Part shown: positions 31,279-42,404 of the stretch, piece after piece
How the letters are laid out: every line of letters begins with the position of its first letter
Numbering within the stretch: position 1 is the stretch's first letter
Assembly (NCBI RefSeq): GCF_049554935.1
Contig: NZ_CP186926.1
Location: forward strand, 96,001-160,000
Direction of reading: 5' to 3'
DNA: 64,000 nt
Origin: Methanocaldococcus indicus
GTDB lineage: Archaea > AGJL01 > Methanococci > Methanococcales > Methanocaldococcaceae
The notes under the pieces: model-generated
What the model was told of the DNA's origin: nothing
What the model saw: the letters and a program-made list of their open reading frames with translations, nothing else
Databases searched by the model: none
Translations under genes and position numbers: made by a program

Positions 31279-32970
31279 TCAGTTTAAAAATATATTTTTT
31301 AATTTTTCATAAAAATTCTTACCTTTAACAAAGTATGTATATTCATCAGATTTTTTAAACATTACTATATCATCCTTTTTTATTTCCTCTTCAACTATAC
31401 CATCAACTGCTATTAAAGCTGGTTTATTGCTTTTTAGCCTAACTTTTATAATATTTCTACATGATAAAACAAGAGGTCTGAAATTTAATTTAAATGGACA
31501 TATTGGTGTTATTATAAAGTTGTTATTTGTTGGTTCAACTATTGGACCTCCTGCACTTAAAGAATAAGCAGTTGAACCAGTTGGAGTAGAAATAATTAAT
31601 CCATCAGCTCTTAAATCATCTACCAAAGTGTCATTTACATATATCTCAAAATGCAAAATCTTAGCAGGATTCTTTGTTATTATAACTACTTCATTTAAAG
31701 CAGAAGGTAATTTCTTACTATTAATTATTGTATCTAACTTTATTCTTCTTTCTATTTCATAATCTCCTTTTATCACTTTATTAATTGCTTCCTTTGCATT
31801 CTCTTTATCAAATTCAGCTAAAAATCCAAGTTTTCCCATATTTATTGAAATTATTGGGATAGGTTCTCCATTTGCTATTCTTGCAGCTCTTAAAATAGTC
31901 CCATCTCCTCCAATTGCAACAATATGAGATATTTTTTTAATATTTATCTTTTCCTCATTAATTAGATTTTTTATATTCTCTTTAACATAACAAGGGATAT
32001 TTTTGGACTTTAAATAATTTATCAAATCCTTTGCTAAATTTATTGCCTCTTTGCTATCTTCTCTAACAACAAAACCAAAAGACAATGGCTTTATAGCCCA
32101 CTTATTACTAAATATTGGTAAAAGTTTTTTGTGCAATTCTTCATTAGCTATTATTAGAGAGGTTTTTGAACTAATAGATATAGGTAAATTTAGCTCTTTA
32201 CCATTTTTATCTGTTATTTTTGCATTACTTTCTTTACAAATTATATAACTCCCAGCAATATCAAACAATCTTGCAGATTCATTTAAATTTATATATGCAT
32301 CTAATGCTTTATTAGCTACAAAACACATCTCCAAAGATATAGAACCAAATAACCTAATTCTCCTAAATAATCTATCTTTTAACATATCTAATAGTTCATT
32401 TGATAATCCATATACAAATAGTCCAACAGATGCCTTTTTTAATTCATTAACTTTACTTACACTTAATTTTATTTTTTCATCACCTTTAATTAGATAAGCC
32501 CCTTTATTCTTAATAGCATAGAACACTTCTTTATCCTTAGTAGCTAAACTTTTTACAACTCCTAAATACACATCATTAATTGAATAGTTCTTATATAGAT
32601 ATTTCTCAATAAATTTTATGTCCTTATTTTTTAAGATTTTTTTGTCTTCTTCTTTAATTTTTATAATTCCAACAGATGTAGAATAGACAGGAATGTTTTT
32701 TAGTGCATTATATGTTCCATCTATTGGGTCTAATATATAGATATAGTTTATTTCATCACCTAAAACTTTTAATCCAATCTCTTCACTCAATAAAATTCCA
32801 CCATACTTCTCTAAAACATTTATTGCTATATTTTCAGCTATAATATCAATCATTTTTGTTGGAGTACCATCAGCTCCAATCTTGACAGTTTTTCCAGCAT
32901 TTTCCCATCCAATAATGGGCTGTATTCTCTTATCAATTTCATTTACCAATTTAAGAGCAACATCTAACAT
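31279..32970 (-). CDS. Bifunctional NADP phosphatase (IMPase fold) / NAD kinase
   Basis: N-terminal SEE…DPIDGT; C-terminal GGDGT, NE, STPTGSTAYSLSAGG. Confidence 0.92.
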   Translation of the reverse strand: MLDVALKLVNEIDKRIQPIIGWENAGKTVKIGADGTPTKMIDIIAENIAINVLEKYGGILLSEEIGLKVLGDEINYIYILDPIDGTYNALKNIPVYSTSVGIIKIKEEDKKILKNKDIKFIEKYLYKNYSINDVYLGVVKSLATKDKEVFYAIKNKGAYLIKGDEKIKLSVSKVNELKKASVGLFVYGLSNELLDMLKDRLFRRIRLFGSISLEMCFVANKALDAYINLNESARLFDIAGSYIICKESNAKITDKNGKELNLPISISSKTSLIIANEELHKKLLPIFSNKWAIKPLSFGFVVREDSKEAINLAKDLINYLKSKNIPCYVKENIKNLINEEKINIKKISHIVAIGGDGTILRAARIANGEPIPIISINMGKLGFLAEFDKENAKEAINKVIKGDYEIERRIKLDTIINSKKLPSALNEVVIITKNPAKILHFEIYVNDTLVDDLRADGLIISTPTGSTAYSLSAGGPIVEPTNNNFIITPICPFKLNFRPLVLSCRNIIKVRLKSNKPALIAVDGIVEEEIKKDDIVMFKKSDEYTYFVKGKNFYEKLKNIFLN

Positions 32971-33122
32971 CTTTTCCCTCAGAGAGTAATAAATTATTAA
33001 ACAATGAATTTGTCATTATCTTTCATTAAAAATATTTATCATGATTTTTCATTATCAAATAACTATATATACTACTTTTTTTAAAAAATAAACACTGAAA
33101 AATAGGTAATTGGGGGAGAGGT

Positions 33123-33242
33123 ATGGAAGAGACTAATATCAAAAAAGATATATTAAGGGCATATAGATGTAATATATCTAAGGTATTAGGTTATATATTA
33201 GCTTTGTTATTAATTTTAGTCTTAGTATCTATAATAGTTTAA
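33123..33242 (+). CDS. Putative 39-aa single-pass membrane protein upstream of trkA (not in the ORF track)
   Basis: GGAGAGGT SD-like tract just before ATG; MEETNIKKDILRAYRCNISKVLGYILALLLILVLVSIIV; stop 11 nt before trkA. Confidence 0.55.
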   Translation: MEETNIKKDILRAYRCNISKVLGYILALLLILVLVSIIV

Positions 33243-33253
33243 AGGATTAAATT

Positions 33254-33904
33254 ATGTATATCATAATTGCTGGATTGGGAAGAGTAGGATTTACCTTAGC
33301 AAAATCCTTAGAAAAGAGAGGCCATGATTTAGTATTGATAGATATTGATAAAGAGAGATGTAAATTAGCTTCTATGGAGATTGATTGTATTGTTATAAAT
33401 GGAGATTGTAGAAAATCAAAAGTTTTAGAAGATGCAGGAATTGAGGAAGCTGATATATACATTGCTGTAACTGGTAGAGAAGAAATAAATATTTTAAGTG
33501 CATTGTTGGCTAAAAACTATGGAGTTAATAAAATACTTGCAAGAATCTCTGAGATTGAGCATAAAGATATACTTGAGAAACTCAATATATTAACAATTTC
33601 CCCTGAATTAGTTGCTGCAAGTTATATAGAGAAAATGATTGAAAGACCTGGTGTTTTAGAATTGTTTGTTATTGGTAAGGGAGAGGCAGAAATATTAGAA
33701 TTTGTAATTCCAGAAAGTTGTAAAGTAGCTAATAAAAAAATTAAAGAGCTTAATCCAGAAGATTATTTAATTATTGCAATATATGAAAATGGTAATTTGG
33801 AGATACCAAAAGGAGACACAGTCCTAAAAGTAGGACAAAAAGTTTTAGTTTTAGCTAAAAAGGAAAGTATTAATAAAGTAAAAGAGCTATTTTCATTAGA
33901 CTGA
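33254..33904 (+). CDS. trkA: Trk potassium uptake RCK subunit
   Basis: GLGRVG Rossmann motif plus TrkA_C domain (IPKGDTVLKVG). Confidence 0.9.
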   Translation: MYIIIAGLGRVGFTLAKSLEKRGHDLVLIDIDKERCKLASMEIDCIVINGDCRKSKVLEDAGIEEADIYIAVTGREEINILSALLAKNYGVNKILARISEIEHKDILEKLNILTISPELVAASYIEKMIERPGVLELFVIGKGEAEILEFVIPESCKVANKKIKELNPEDYLIIAIYENGNLEIPKGDTVLKVGQKVLVLAKKESINKVKELFSLD

Positions 33905-34804
33905 GAAAATTTTTATTACTTTTTCTCTTAACTTGTCTATTAATATATCTTTTTTATCTTCATCTACTAAAACAATTACACAACCTCCTCCTCCAGCTCC
34001 AGTAAGTTTAGCTCCATAACTATATTTATTAGCTATTTCAACAACTTTATTTATTTTTGGAGTTGAGATATTTAACTTATCTAAAAGTATATGATTTCTA
34101 TATAAAAGATTACCAAATTCTTCAAAATCATTAGTTCTATATGCAATATCTACTAAATTATCTATTTCTTTAAAAATTTCCTCTTTATTTTCTTTTTTAG
34201 CAACTTCAGTAACTAATTCAGCTGTTCTTTTTTTTCTTTCTTCAACATACAAGATTAAAAATTTACATTTCTTTAAAAAATTATTAAATCTTTTAGGAAC
34301 TTCTTTTATATTATTATTTTTAATTTCTAATGCTTTCCTTAATGCTATTGTTGCAGTATCTGTCCTGCTTGCTTTTCCTTGAACTTCTTTCTCAACCAAA
34401 TATGATAAATATGCTACTTCCTCATTAGAAAGATTAACATTAAAGAATTTAGATAATGCCTTTATTGTACCAACTGTTATGGATGCTGAACTACCCAATC
34501 CACAACTTATAGGAATCTCTGAATATATATCCAAAACAAATCCTTTATCTAACCTATCCAAATAATTTTCTGAAAATAGTTCAATTGCCTTTATAACATA
34601 ACTAAAATCTTTATCATTAAATGTTAAATTATAATCTAATTTAATTGATTTATTTAAATTATTTAAATTAATTTTTATAGTATTTTCATTATTCTCATAT
34701 ATGTTAATTTTTGAATAAATGTTTATAGGGATAGATATTGCTCTATATCCATAAACAACAGCATGCTCTCCAAATAATATACATTTAGAAGGTGTTATTA
34801 TCAT
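33896..34804 (-). CDS. mvk: Mevalonate kinase
   Basis: KCILFGEHAVVYG, GLGSSA, KLTGAGGGG motifs. Confidence 0.95.
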   Translation of the reverse strand: MIITPSKCILFGEHAVVYGYRAISIPINIYSKINIYENNENTIKINLNNLNKSIKLDYNLTFNDKDFSYVIKAIELFSENYLDRLDKGFVLDIYSEIPISCGLGSSASITVGTIKALSKFFNVNLSNEEVAYLSYLVEKEVQGKASRTDTATIALRKALEIKNNNIKEVPKRFNNFLKKCKFLILYVEERKKRTAELVTEVAKKENKEEIFKEIDNLVDIAYRTNDFEEFGNLLYRNHILLDKLNISTPKINKVVEIANKYSYGAKLTGAGGGGCVIVLVDEDKKDILIDKLREKVIKIFSV

Positions 34805-36240
34805 TTTATCATCATATTCCTTAAAATTTTTAATCTTTTTATAGAAATATTGTTGTATATGTCTTTCAATATTTTTGTGTCTATATTTGCCTCTGAATTT
34901 ATTATTTCCAGTTCAATAAAGTTTTCAAATTTATCATTTAGTTCAATATTTGATATAATAATAGTGTTCAATCTATTTATTAACATTAACAAAATATTCT
35001 TTATATTATCTTTATTTTCCAATTTTACAGTACTAAAAATTCCTTCTTGTTTTATTTCTTTATTTGAAATTATTGAGATATATTCAAATCCAATATCTTT
35101 TATAGCCCTAATAATATCCTCTAAATTTGTAGGTTTTTGATGACAATATAAACCAATTAAAACAAGAATATTTTTTGGATTTGTAGTATATTTCTTTAAA
35201 AATATTTTTTTGTCTTCTATGTATTCACCAAAAAATTTTATAACTAATGAATTTTTTAAGAAATTTTCTAAATCATCAATATTTATAAATTTTGTAGAAT
35301 ACCAGAAAGGTTTAGTAATATTTGAAAAGACATGGTTATTTATCTTTTTCTTTAATCTTAGTAAATTCCTTTTTTCAAGTAATTTATTGTATAAATCATC
35401 TAAAGAAATTTCTTTATTGAAATCTAAATCTAAAAGAATATTTATTAAATATCCTTCTTCAAAAGTCTCCAACTTAAAAAGAGCACATAGTATTGATAAT
35501 TTTTTATATTCTTCATATTCTTTTACTGTATGTATTCCTAAATCCAAAGCATTGTAGTAATCTTTTGCTGTTTGGAATCCTAAGGAAATAGCTGTATAAT
35601 ACTCTACAGCATCTGTAAATCCTCTTTTTATGGCATCAAAGTATTCATTATAATTACCAAATCCTATTTTTAAAGCTTCTAAAAAAGTATTAAAATTGTT
35701 GAAATAGTTGTTAGTTGCAAATTTATATATATCATAATCATTAGAAACAGCTACACTTTCTTTAAATCCATTTTTTAAGTAGTATATAAGATAAACATCA
35801 TCAAAATATTTCTCTACTAAATTATGTTCCTTTAAAATTTCTAAACATCCAATATATCCCAATTCCTTAGCTCTTAAATATTCTTTAACATCTTTAAATC
35901 CAGAAGTTTTGAACCTATTATATTCTTCTAATGAACCTAATGTTTTAAATATATAATATTCTTCTGCAGTAAATCCTAAAATTTTAGCTTCTATGTAGTC
36001 ATATAAATTTTCAAACCCATAGGCATCAATGTAATAAATTATATTTTTATTTTCATCTACAATATAAAATATATCTATTATGTTATCTTTATATTTAAAA
36101 ATTGTGTTTATTTTTAGTTTATCAACATATTCTAAAAATTTCTCTATATCATCAAGTTTTATTTTTTCATATCTGTCAAAATCTCCAAAATTTATAATTT
36201 CAATACCTATAGTCTTTATTTTCAATAGTTTGTAGTCCAT
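34801..36240 (-). CDS. Hypothetical protein with 14-aa tandem repeats (A-x3-GF-x4-EY)
   Basis: 479-aa ORF; repeats ALKIGFGNYNEYFD / AIKRGFTDAVEYYT / AISLGFQTAKDYYN / ALDLGIHTVKEYEE. Confidence 0.75.
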   Translation of the reverse strand: MDYKLLKIKTIGIEIINFGDFDRYEKIKLDDIEKFLEYVDKLKINTIFKYKDNIIDIFYIVDENKNIIYYIDAYGFENLYDYIEAKILGFTAEEYYIFKTLGSLEEYNRFKTSGFKDVKEYLRAKELGYIGCLEILKEHNLVEKYFDDVYLIYYLKNGFKESVAVSNDYDIYKFATNNYFNNFNTFLEALKIGFGNYNEYFDAIKRGFTDAVEYYTAISLGFQTAKDYYNALDLGIHTVKEYEEYKKLSILCALFKLETFEEGYLINILLDLDFNKEISLDDLYNKLLEKRNLLRLKKKINNHVFSNITKPFWYSTKFINIDDLENFLKNSLVIKFFGEYIEDKKIFLKKYTTNPKNILVLIGLYCHQKPTNLEDIIRAIKDIGFEYISIISNKEIKQEGIFSTVKLENKDNIKNILLMLINRLNTIIISNIELNDKFENFIELEIINSEANIDTKILKDIYNNISIKRLKILRNMMIK

Positions 36241-36258
36241 TTGTGACCCAAATATTCT

Positions 36259-36447
36259 CTATTTTACTCCTAATTTTTTCAATATTGGACAGTTAGGAAC
36301 TTCTACATTCTCAGTGTTGTATTCTTCCTTTAACATATTTATAAGTCCTTTTATGTTCTTTCCTCTACATGCCTCACATCTTACAACTATAATATTGTCA
36401 TCTTCTTCAAAATCATTATCATTTTTACATACTATTTTTATTTTCAT
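36259..36447 (-). CDS. Small Cys-containing hypothetical protein
   Basis: 62 aa, C…CEAC…CP; start overlaps the stop of the upstream glutaminase gene (TAATG). Confidence 0.6.
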   Translation of the reverse strand: MKIKIVCKNDNDFEEDDNIIVVRCEACRGKNIKGLINMLKEEYNTENVEVPNCPILKKLGVK

Positions 36448-37010
36448 TATTCACCCTCTTTAAATATTCCACACACTATACAGAAGTTCTTTAAAATATC
36501 TGAACCATATTCAGTATGAGCTACCTCAGGATGAAATTGTACTCCATAAATCTCTTTTTCTTTATGTTTCATAGCTTCAATTTTACATATATCAGAATGA
36601 GCCAAAATCTCAAAATTTTTTGGGAGTGTTTTAACTTCATCTTTATGAGATGCCCAAGCATTAAACTCTTTTGGAATATTTTTAAATAAATCATCCTCAT
36701 TATCTACATAAATCTTTGTTAATGCATACTCTTCTTTATTAGCTTTCCCTACTTCTCCCCCATAAGCTAATGCTATTAATTGATGTCCTAAACATATCCC
36801 TAATATAGGAACTTCAGCATTTAAAGCAATATCTATACAGCCCTTAGCTTTCTCAATATCTGGACCACCACTTAATATAATCCCTTTATAGTCTTTCAAC
36901 TCTTCCAATGTTACTGTATTAGGCAAAATTTTTGATTTCACTCCTAAATACTTCAAACTTCTAAAAATTCTATGCACATATTGCCCTCCATTGTTTATTA
37001 TTGCTATCAT
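36447..37010 (-). CDS. guaAA: GMP synthase glutamine amidotransferase subunit
   Basis: [20 protein letters not shown] motifs. Confidence 0.93.
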   Translation of the reverse strand: MIAIINNGGQYVHRIFRSLKYLGVKSKILPNTVTLEELKDYKGIILSGGPDIEKAKGCIDIALNAEVPILGICLGHQLIALAYGGEVGKANKEEYALTKIYVDNEDDLFKNIPKEFNAWASHKDEVKTLPKNFEILAHSDICKIEAMKHKEKEIYGVQFHPEVAHTEYGSDILKNFCIVCGIFKEGE

Positions 37011-37015
37011 CTATC

Positions 37016-37378
37016 TCACTCCATCTCAACAACTTCAACAGGCTCTAAAGGAATATTTTTTAAAACTTTTCCAATAGTGGATTTTGCTATCCTTATAGCA
37101 TGTTCTTGGTTCTCTGCATTGAACACTTTCATAGATAAAAGAACTCCAACTAATCCTGTTCTTGCAACTACTAAGACACAATCTATTAGCTCTCCACATT
37201 TAGGACATATTGTTAAACCAACATCAATATCCACATAATTTAATCCAGCTTTATTTAGCATCTTCCCTATCTGAGAGATAGCCACATTAATAGCGTCTTC
37301 TATATCATCAACATTTCTCACAATATAGGCAGCTTGTAAAGTTACATGATAATTAGGCATAGTTCTCACCTTCAACAA
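37016..37378 (-). CDS. UPF0212 (DUF555) protein (start likely 37360)
   Basis: [20 protein letters not shown]…HAIRIAK. Confidence 0.82.
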   Translation of the reverse strand: MLKVRTMPNYHVTLQAAYIVRNVDDIEDAINVAISQIGKMLNKAGLNYVDIDVGLTICPKCGELIDCVLVVARTGLVGVLLSMKVFNAENQEHAIRIAKSTIGKVLKNIPLEPVEVVEME

Positions 37379-38151
37379 TAAACAAATTCTTTAACTTTCT
37401 CTTCTATATTTTCACTTTCCATTATAGATGAGCCAATTAAAGCAGCATCAGTAAATTTTAAAATATACTTTAAATCTTCCTTAGTATATATACCACTTTC
37501 TCCAATTTTTATTTTATTTTTTGGGATTAGTTGAGAAAGTTTTTCAGTTGTTGATAAATCTATCTTTAATGTAGATAAATCTCTATTGTTTATTCCAATT
37601 ATTTTAGCTCCAAAATCTAAGGCTAAATCTATCTCATCCTCACTATGTGTCTCAACTAAACACTCCAATCCTAAATCATCAGCATAATCTAAAAACTTTC
37701 CTAATTCATCTTTTAAAACTCTAACAATTAATAATACTGCATTAGCTCCAATTGTATGGGCAATATCTAACTGATATTTATCAATAATAAAATCTTTCAT
37801 TAAAATAGGAATAGAAACAGCCTTTCTTGCTAATATTAAATTTTCATAACTACCATTAAAATAGTCTTTCTCTGTTAATACTGACAATCCTATAGCCCCT
37901 CCTCTTTCTATCTCTCTTGCAATCTCACCAACATCATTAATATTCCTAATATTTCCCTTTGAAGGTGAAGCTGGTTTTATTTCAGCTATTATTGGATTAT
38001 ATTTGCAGTATTTAATAAATTTTGATAATCTTAGTTTTCTCTTTTTTTCAATGTTTTCATCAACTAAATCTATTAATTTTTTTAAAATATTTTCTTTTTT
38101 TTCATTCTCTAATGACAACTTTCTCTTTAATACTATCTCTCTCAGTATCAT
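37372..38151 (-). CDS. trpC: Indole-3-glycerol phosphate synthase
   Basis: [31 protein letters not shown] motifs. Confidence 0.95.
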   Translation of the reverse strand: MILREIVLKRKLSLENEKKENILKKLIDLVDENIEKKRKLRLSKFIKYCKYNPIIAEIKPASPSKGNIRNINDVGEIAREIERGGAIGLSVLTEKDYFNGSYENLILARKAVSIPILMKDFIIDKYQLDIAHTIGANAVLLIVRVLKDELGKFLDYADDLGLECLVETHSEDEIDLALDFGAKIIGINNRDLSTLKIDLSTTEKLSQLIPKNKIKIGESGIYTKEDLKYILKFTDAALIGSSIMESENIEEKVKEFVYC

Positions 38152-38557
38152 AAGTATCCTCAGATTCCTTAATTTTCTCTATACATACATCCTTTGGAGC
38201 TAAAAGAATATGCTCATTTCCTAAGAGTATAGCACTTCCTCCCATTTTGGCAATTTCATTTTTTAATTTTGATAGTAAATCTATAAATTCATCATCAGCC
38301 TCTCTCTCAATATCTGGAATTTTACCAATAACTAAATCCCCTTTTTCAACTAATATAATAGCATTTAGAGCATCTTGCTCATTAGATATTTTACAAACTT
38401 TAATAACTATCTTATACTCTGGCTCAGGCTCAACATGTAACTCTTCTATCTCATCAATATAGTTCTCTAAATTTTCCTTTTTTTCTGGTTTAATCTTTTC
38501 ATTTTTTTCTTTTTTTATACCAAATATTGCTTTTAAAAGTTCTAACACTACATTCAC
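38102..38557 (-). CDS. SepF-like (DUF552) cell division protein
   Basis: Acidic linker plus C-terminal beta-alpha core ending in HILLAP, typical of archaeal SepF homologues. Confidence 0.55.
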   Translation of the reverse strand: MNVVLELLKAIFGIKKEKNEKIKPEKKENLENYIDEIEELHVEPEPEYKIVIKVCKISNEQDALNAIILVEKGDLVIGKIPDIEREADDEFIDLLSKLKNEIAKMGGSAILLGNEHILLAPKDVCIEKIKESEDTYDTERDSIKEKVVIRE

Positions 38558-39108
38558 CTTTTTAGATATTTATATATATTGTTTATTAAGATTTCTAATC
38601 CTTCTCCAGTTTTAGCAGACACAAGAATAGGCGTATTCTTTAATCTATATTCAACATAATTTTTAACTTTTTCTATTTCCTCATAATTTAATAAATCACA
38701 CTTATTAATTACAACTATTATGGGTTTTTGATATCTAAATTTTAAAAGATGATGTAATCTTTCAAAATCCCTTAATAAACCAACAGTTCCATCTACAATA
38801 TGAATAATTAAGTTAGAATTATCTATTTCTTTATAACTTTTTTCCAATATTGAAGATGTTAAAGCTACTTTACCTCCTTTTTGAGTATATAATCCACCTA
38901 AATCTACAAATACAATATCTGCAAATTCTGGATTTTTCTTAGATTTCCCTATTTTAATTTTTCCCCAATACTTTTTAATAGGATTTTTTGTAGTTCCTGG
39001 AATTTCTGAGGTTAGAGATATATATCTCCCAAATAATGCATTCATTAAAGAAGATTTTCCAGCATTTTCAGGCCCAATAATTGCTATTTTAAACTCCAAC
39101 TTTACCAC
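38554..39108 (-). CDS. Small Era/EngA-like GTP-binding protein
   Basis: GPENAGKS, PGTT, DLGG, NKCD, SAK G-motifs. Confidence 0.88.
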   Translation of the reverse strand: MVKLEFKIAIIGPENAGKSSLMNALFGRYISLTSEIPGTTKNPIKKYWGKIKIGKSKKNPEFADIVFVDLGGLYTQKGGKVALTSSILEKSYKEIDNSNLIIHIVDGTVGLLRDFERLHHLLKFRYQKPIIVVINKCDLLNYEEIEKVKNYVEYRLKNTPILVSAKTGEGLEILINNIYKYLKR

Positions 39109-40014
39109 TTATTTATTTTTTTCAATGTCTTCATAAAGTTTAGCTGCTAACTTATGACATTCTGCTAAACCTAATGCAGCAACAGCACCAACTAAACCCT
39201 CTTCTCCCTTTATTGGAATTAATTTAATATTATTTCTTAAAGCTATCTGTTTAGCTTCTTCTAAACTGACAATTTCTCTTTTAGCTTTTAATGTAAAAAG
39301 TTTCATACTCTTAGATGCAAACAATCCATTATATACTGCTATTGCTGTCTTATCAGAATAACTCTCCTTTTTTAGTATATCAACTACTTTATCAATAATC
39401 TTATCTTTGTTCTCTGGTAGTGTGGCAAAGCTCAATGCTATTGATACACAATTTTGAGTTTTATTTGGAGTTCCAGGATAGAGTTGTATTATGGTATGGT
39501 CTAAATAATATCCTAATTTTAATCTCTCTATTTCTAACCCAATTTTATGTGCTAAAACCCAAGTGGCTCCTTTCTCTTTATTGTCAGTATCATCTATACC
39601 AATAACTAACTTTTCCATTTTTGGTGTTATAACCTGACTTCTTCCTAATTTTGAGCCACCACCTTTATTTAATATTTTTATATCAACAACGTTCTCAGCT
39701 GTCTTTCTTAACTCAGCTCCAACTCCTGCCCCAGCTAAGCCAGCATAAGTAATATAAATATAGTTATTATCAACTTTAACCTCTTCAATTCCAGCAGCTG
39801 ATAATGAGGGAACTAACTTTAAATTTTCTTTTCCAACTTTACAAACAAAATGATGCTTATTACCTTCTCTCCATGCAGCTAAAATTAAGGGAGATGTCTT
39901 TTTATATTGATAAACTAACCACTCAGAACCATTTGGGCAAGGATGTTCTTCAACAATCTCTACAATATTTTTCTCATAGTTATTTTCTATCATTGCAATT
40001 ACTCTCTTATACAT
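39109..40014 (-). CDS. Methanogenesis marker protein 11 (TiaS N-terminal-like domain)
   Basis: YAGLAGAGVG, IGIDDTD…GATW, KTQNC, GLVGAVAALG. Confidence 0.78.
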   Translation of the reverse strand: MYKRVIAMIENNYEKNIVEIVEEHPCPNGSEWLVYQYKKTSPLILAAWREGNKHHFVCKVGKENLKLVPSLSAAGIEEVKVDNNYIYITYAGLAGAGVGAELRKTAENVVDIKILNKGGGSKLGRSQVITPKMEKLVIGIDDTDNKEKGATWVLAHKIGLEIERLKLGYYLDHTIIQLYPGTPNKTQNCVSIALSFATLPENKDKIIDKVVDILKKESYSDKTAIAVYNGLFASKSMKLFTLKAKREIVSLEEAKQIALRNNIKLIPIKGEEGLVGAVAALGLAECHKLAAKLYEDIEKNK

Positions 40015-40016
40015 AA

Positions 40017-40478
40017 CTATTCTACCCTAAATTTTTTAGATATTGCTCTTATTATGTCCCCATCTGAAATAATACCAACCAATTTATTATTTTTATCTAA
40101 AACAGGAAGTTGATTTATAATTTCTTTTTTATTAGGTATGTCCATCTTCATTATTGCATCTTTTATAGTTTCATCTTCATAAATAGTTATTACATCCTTT
40201 GTCATAACATCCTCAACAGTTGTCTCCAAAGAATACTTATCTTTTATTAGATTATATCCTATATCTGTTGTAGTTATTATTCCTATAACTTTTCCATTCT
40301 CTACAACTGGAAGAGAACTTATTTTATGTTTAAGCATCTTCTCAAATGCTTTAACAACTGTCTCGTCCTTACTAATTGTTATAACATCCTTTGTCATTAT
40401 CTCCTTAACTTTTATATTTAAAATATCCATTGCTATCCCTTCATTATTTCCTAAACATATGTTTAAAGTCCTTATCAT
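40017..40478 (-). CDS. CBS-pair protein (start likely 40430)
   Basis: Two CBS domains (LPVV…GIIT, LPVL…GIIS). Confidence 0.88.
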   Translation of the reverse strand: MIRTLNICLGNNEGIAMDILNIKVKEIMTKDVITISKDETVVKAFEKMLKHKISSLPVVENGKVIGIITTTDIGYNLIKDKYSLETTVEDVMTKDVITIYEDETIKDAIMKMDIPNKKEIINQLPVLDKNNKLVGIISDGDIIRAISKKFRVE

Positions 40479-41208
40479 ATAATTTAGAATAACTATAATG
40501 CTTAGGATTTAAAACATCTCCTACAATAATTAAAGCTGTTCTATTTATTCCTGACTCTTTTACTTTATTAGCAATATCTTTCAAAGTTCCAGTTATGATT
40601 TTTTCATCTGGCCATGATGCTTTATAAACAACTGCAACAGGAGTATTTTCATCATAATGTTTCTTTAAGCTTTCAACAACTTTATCAATTAATGATACTC
40701 CTAAATATATAGCCATTGTTGATTTATGCTTAGCAAGTTCTTCCAACTTTTCTCTTTCAGGAACTTTTGTTCTACCTTCTGGTCTTGTTATAATAACTGT
40801 CTGAGAAACATCTGGGAGAGTTAGCTCTATTTTTAAACTTGCTGCTGCTGCAAATAAAGAAGTAACTCCTGGAATAATTTCAACATCAATATTATGCTTT
40901 CTTAACTCATCTATTTGCTCTTTTATAGCCCCATATATTGAAGGGTCTCCCGTATGGAGCCTAACAACTTTTTTCCCTTCTTTAACACCCTTAACCATAA
41001 CATTTACTATTTCATCTAAACTCATCTTTGAGCTATCATAAATTTTAGCATTCTTTTTGTTGTAGTTTAAAAGTTCTCTATTAACTAATGAGCCAGCATA
41101 GATAATAATATCTGCTTCCTCTATAGCTTTCTTACCTTTTATAGTAATAAGTTCTTTATCCCCTGGACCTGCTCCAACAATCACAACTTTATTCATAATT
41201 CCTACCAC
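40444..41208 (-). CDS. cbiF: Cobalt-precorrin-4 C11-methyltransferase
   Basis: [30 protein letters not shown] motifs. Confidence 0.92.
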   Translation of the reverse strand: MVGIMNKVVIVGAGPGDKELITIKGKKAIEEADIIIYAGSLVNRELLNYNKKNAKIYDSSKMSLDEIVNVMVKGVKEGKKVVRLHTGDPSIYGAIKEQIDELRKHNIDVEIIPGVTSLFAAAASLKIELTLPDVSQTVIITRPEGRTKVPEREKLEELAKHKSTMAIYLGVSLIDKVVESLKKHYDENTPVAVVYKASWPDEKIITGTLKDIANKVKESGINRTALIIVGDVLNPKHYSYSKLYDKDFKHMFRK

Positions 41209-41291
41209 ATCTAAATTGGAATAACAATAAAATTTACTAAGTAATATTTAATATAATAATGTTGATTTTTTAAATAACAAATATTATTAAT

Positions 41292-42404
41292 ATGCAAAAA
41301 TATGAATATGGTGGTAATGTGCTAACTCCTTGGGAAACACCTGAAACTATAAACTATAAAAGGACTATGGAACAGTTTGGTATTAAAGAGTTTAACTTTG
41401 ATTTAGACCATCACTTTTTTAGGAGAAAAATTATTTTAGGGCATAGAGATTTTGATAGGATATATAACTGTATAAAAGAGAATAAAGAGTTTGCAGTTGT
41501 TAGTGGAATGATGCCATCTGGAAAAATGCATTTTGGACATAAGATGGTTGTAGATTTAATTAAATTCTATCAAAACTATACTGATAAAATATATATCCCA
41601 ATAGCTGATTTAGAGGCTTATTGGGCAAGAAATATAGATTTTGAAAAAACTAAAAATTTAGCTATAGAGGAATATATTATTAATTATGTTGCATTAGGTT
41701 TAGATATTGATAAAGCTTTTATCTATCTTCAATCAAAATATAGTAAAGTTAAGGATTTATCTTTTAGATTTGCTAAAAAAACTAATTGGAGTGAGCTTAA
41801 AGCTATATATGGTTTTGGAGGAGATACTAATATTGGACATGTATTTGCACCTCTTATACAAGTAGCTGATATTTTACATCCTGAATTTGATGAAGATTTA
41901 AATAAAAATCCTATCCCTGTTGTTGTTCCAGTTGGGTTAGACCAAGACCCTCATATAAGATTAACAAGAGATATAGCTAAAAGAGTAAAGATTATTGAGC
42001 CATCATCTACATACCATAGATTTATGAGAGGTTTATTAGGAGGAAAAATGAGTTCATCTAAGCCAGAAACAGCTATTTTCTTAACTGATGAGGAAAAAGA
42101 AGTTAAGAAGAAAATATTCTCAGCTAAAACAGGAGGAGGAAAAACATTAGAAGAGCATAAAAAGTATGGTGGAAATCCAGAGGAATGTGTTATATATGAA
42201 CTATTCCTATATCACCTAATTTTAGATGATAAGGAACTTCTTAATATTTATGAAAGTTGTAAAAAAGGAGAATTAACCTGTGGAAAATGTAAAAAATTGG
42301 CTTATAATTTAGTTATTGAATTCCTAAAAAATTTAAAAGAAAAAAGAGAACAAGCAAAAGAAATTGTTAATGAGAAAATTAAAGAAGGAAAAATTTTAGT
42401 GTAG
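41292..42404 (+). CDS. trpS: Tryptophan--tRNA ligase
   Basis: PSGKMHFGH, GLDQDPH, KMSSS motifs. Confidence 0.95.
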   Translation: MQKYEYGGNVLTPWETPETINYKRTMEQFGIKEFNFDLDHHFFRRKIILGHRDFDRIYNCIKENKEFAVVSGMMPSGKMHFGHKMVVDLIKFYQNYTDKIYIPIADLEAYWARNIDFEKTKNLAIEEYIINYVALGLDIDKAFIYLQSKYSKVKDLSFRFAKKTNWSELKAIYGFGGDTNIGHVFAPLIQVADILHPEFDEDLNKNPIPVVVPVGLDQDPHIRLTRDIAKRVKIIEPSSTYHRFMRGLLGGKMSSSKPETAIFLTDEEKEVKKKIFSAKTGGGKTLEEHKKYGGNPEECVIYELFLYHLILDDKELLNIYESCKKGELTCGKCKKLAYNLVIEFLKNLKEKREQAKEIVNEKIKEGKILV

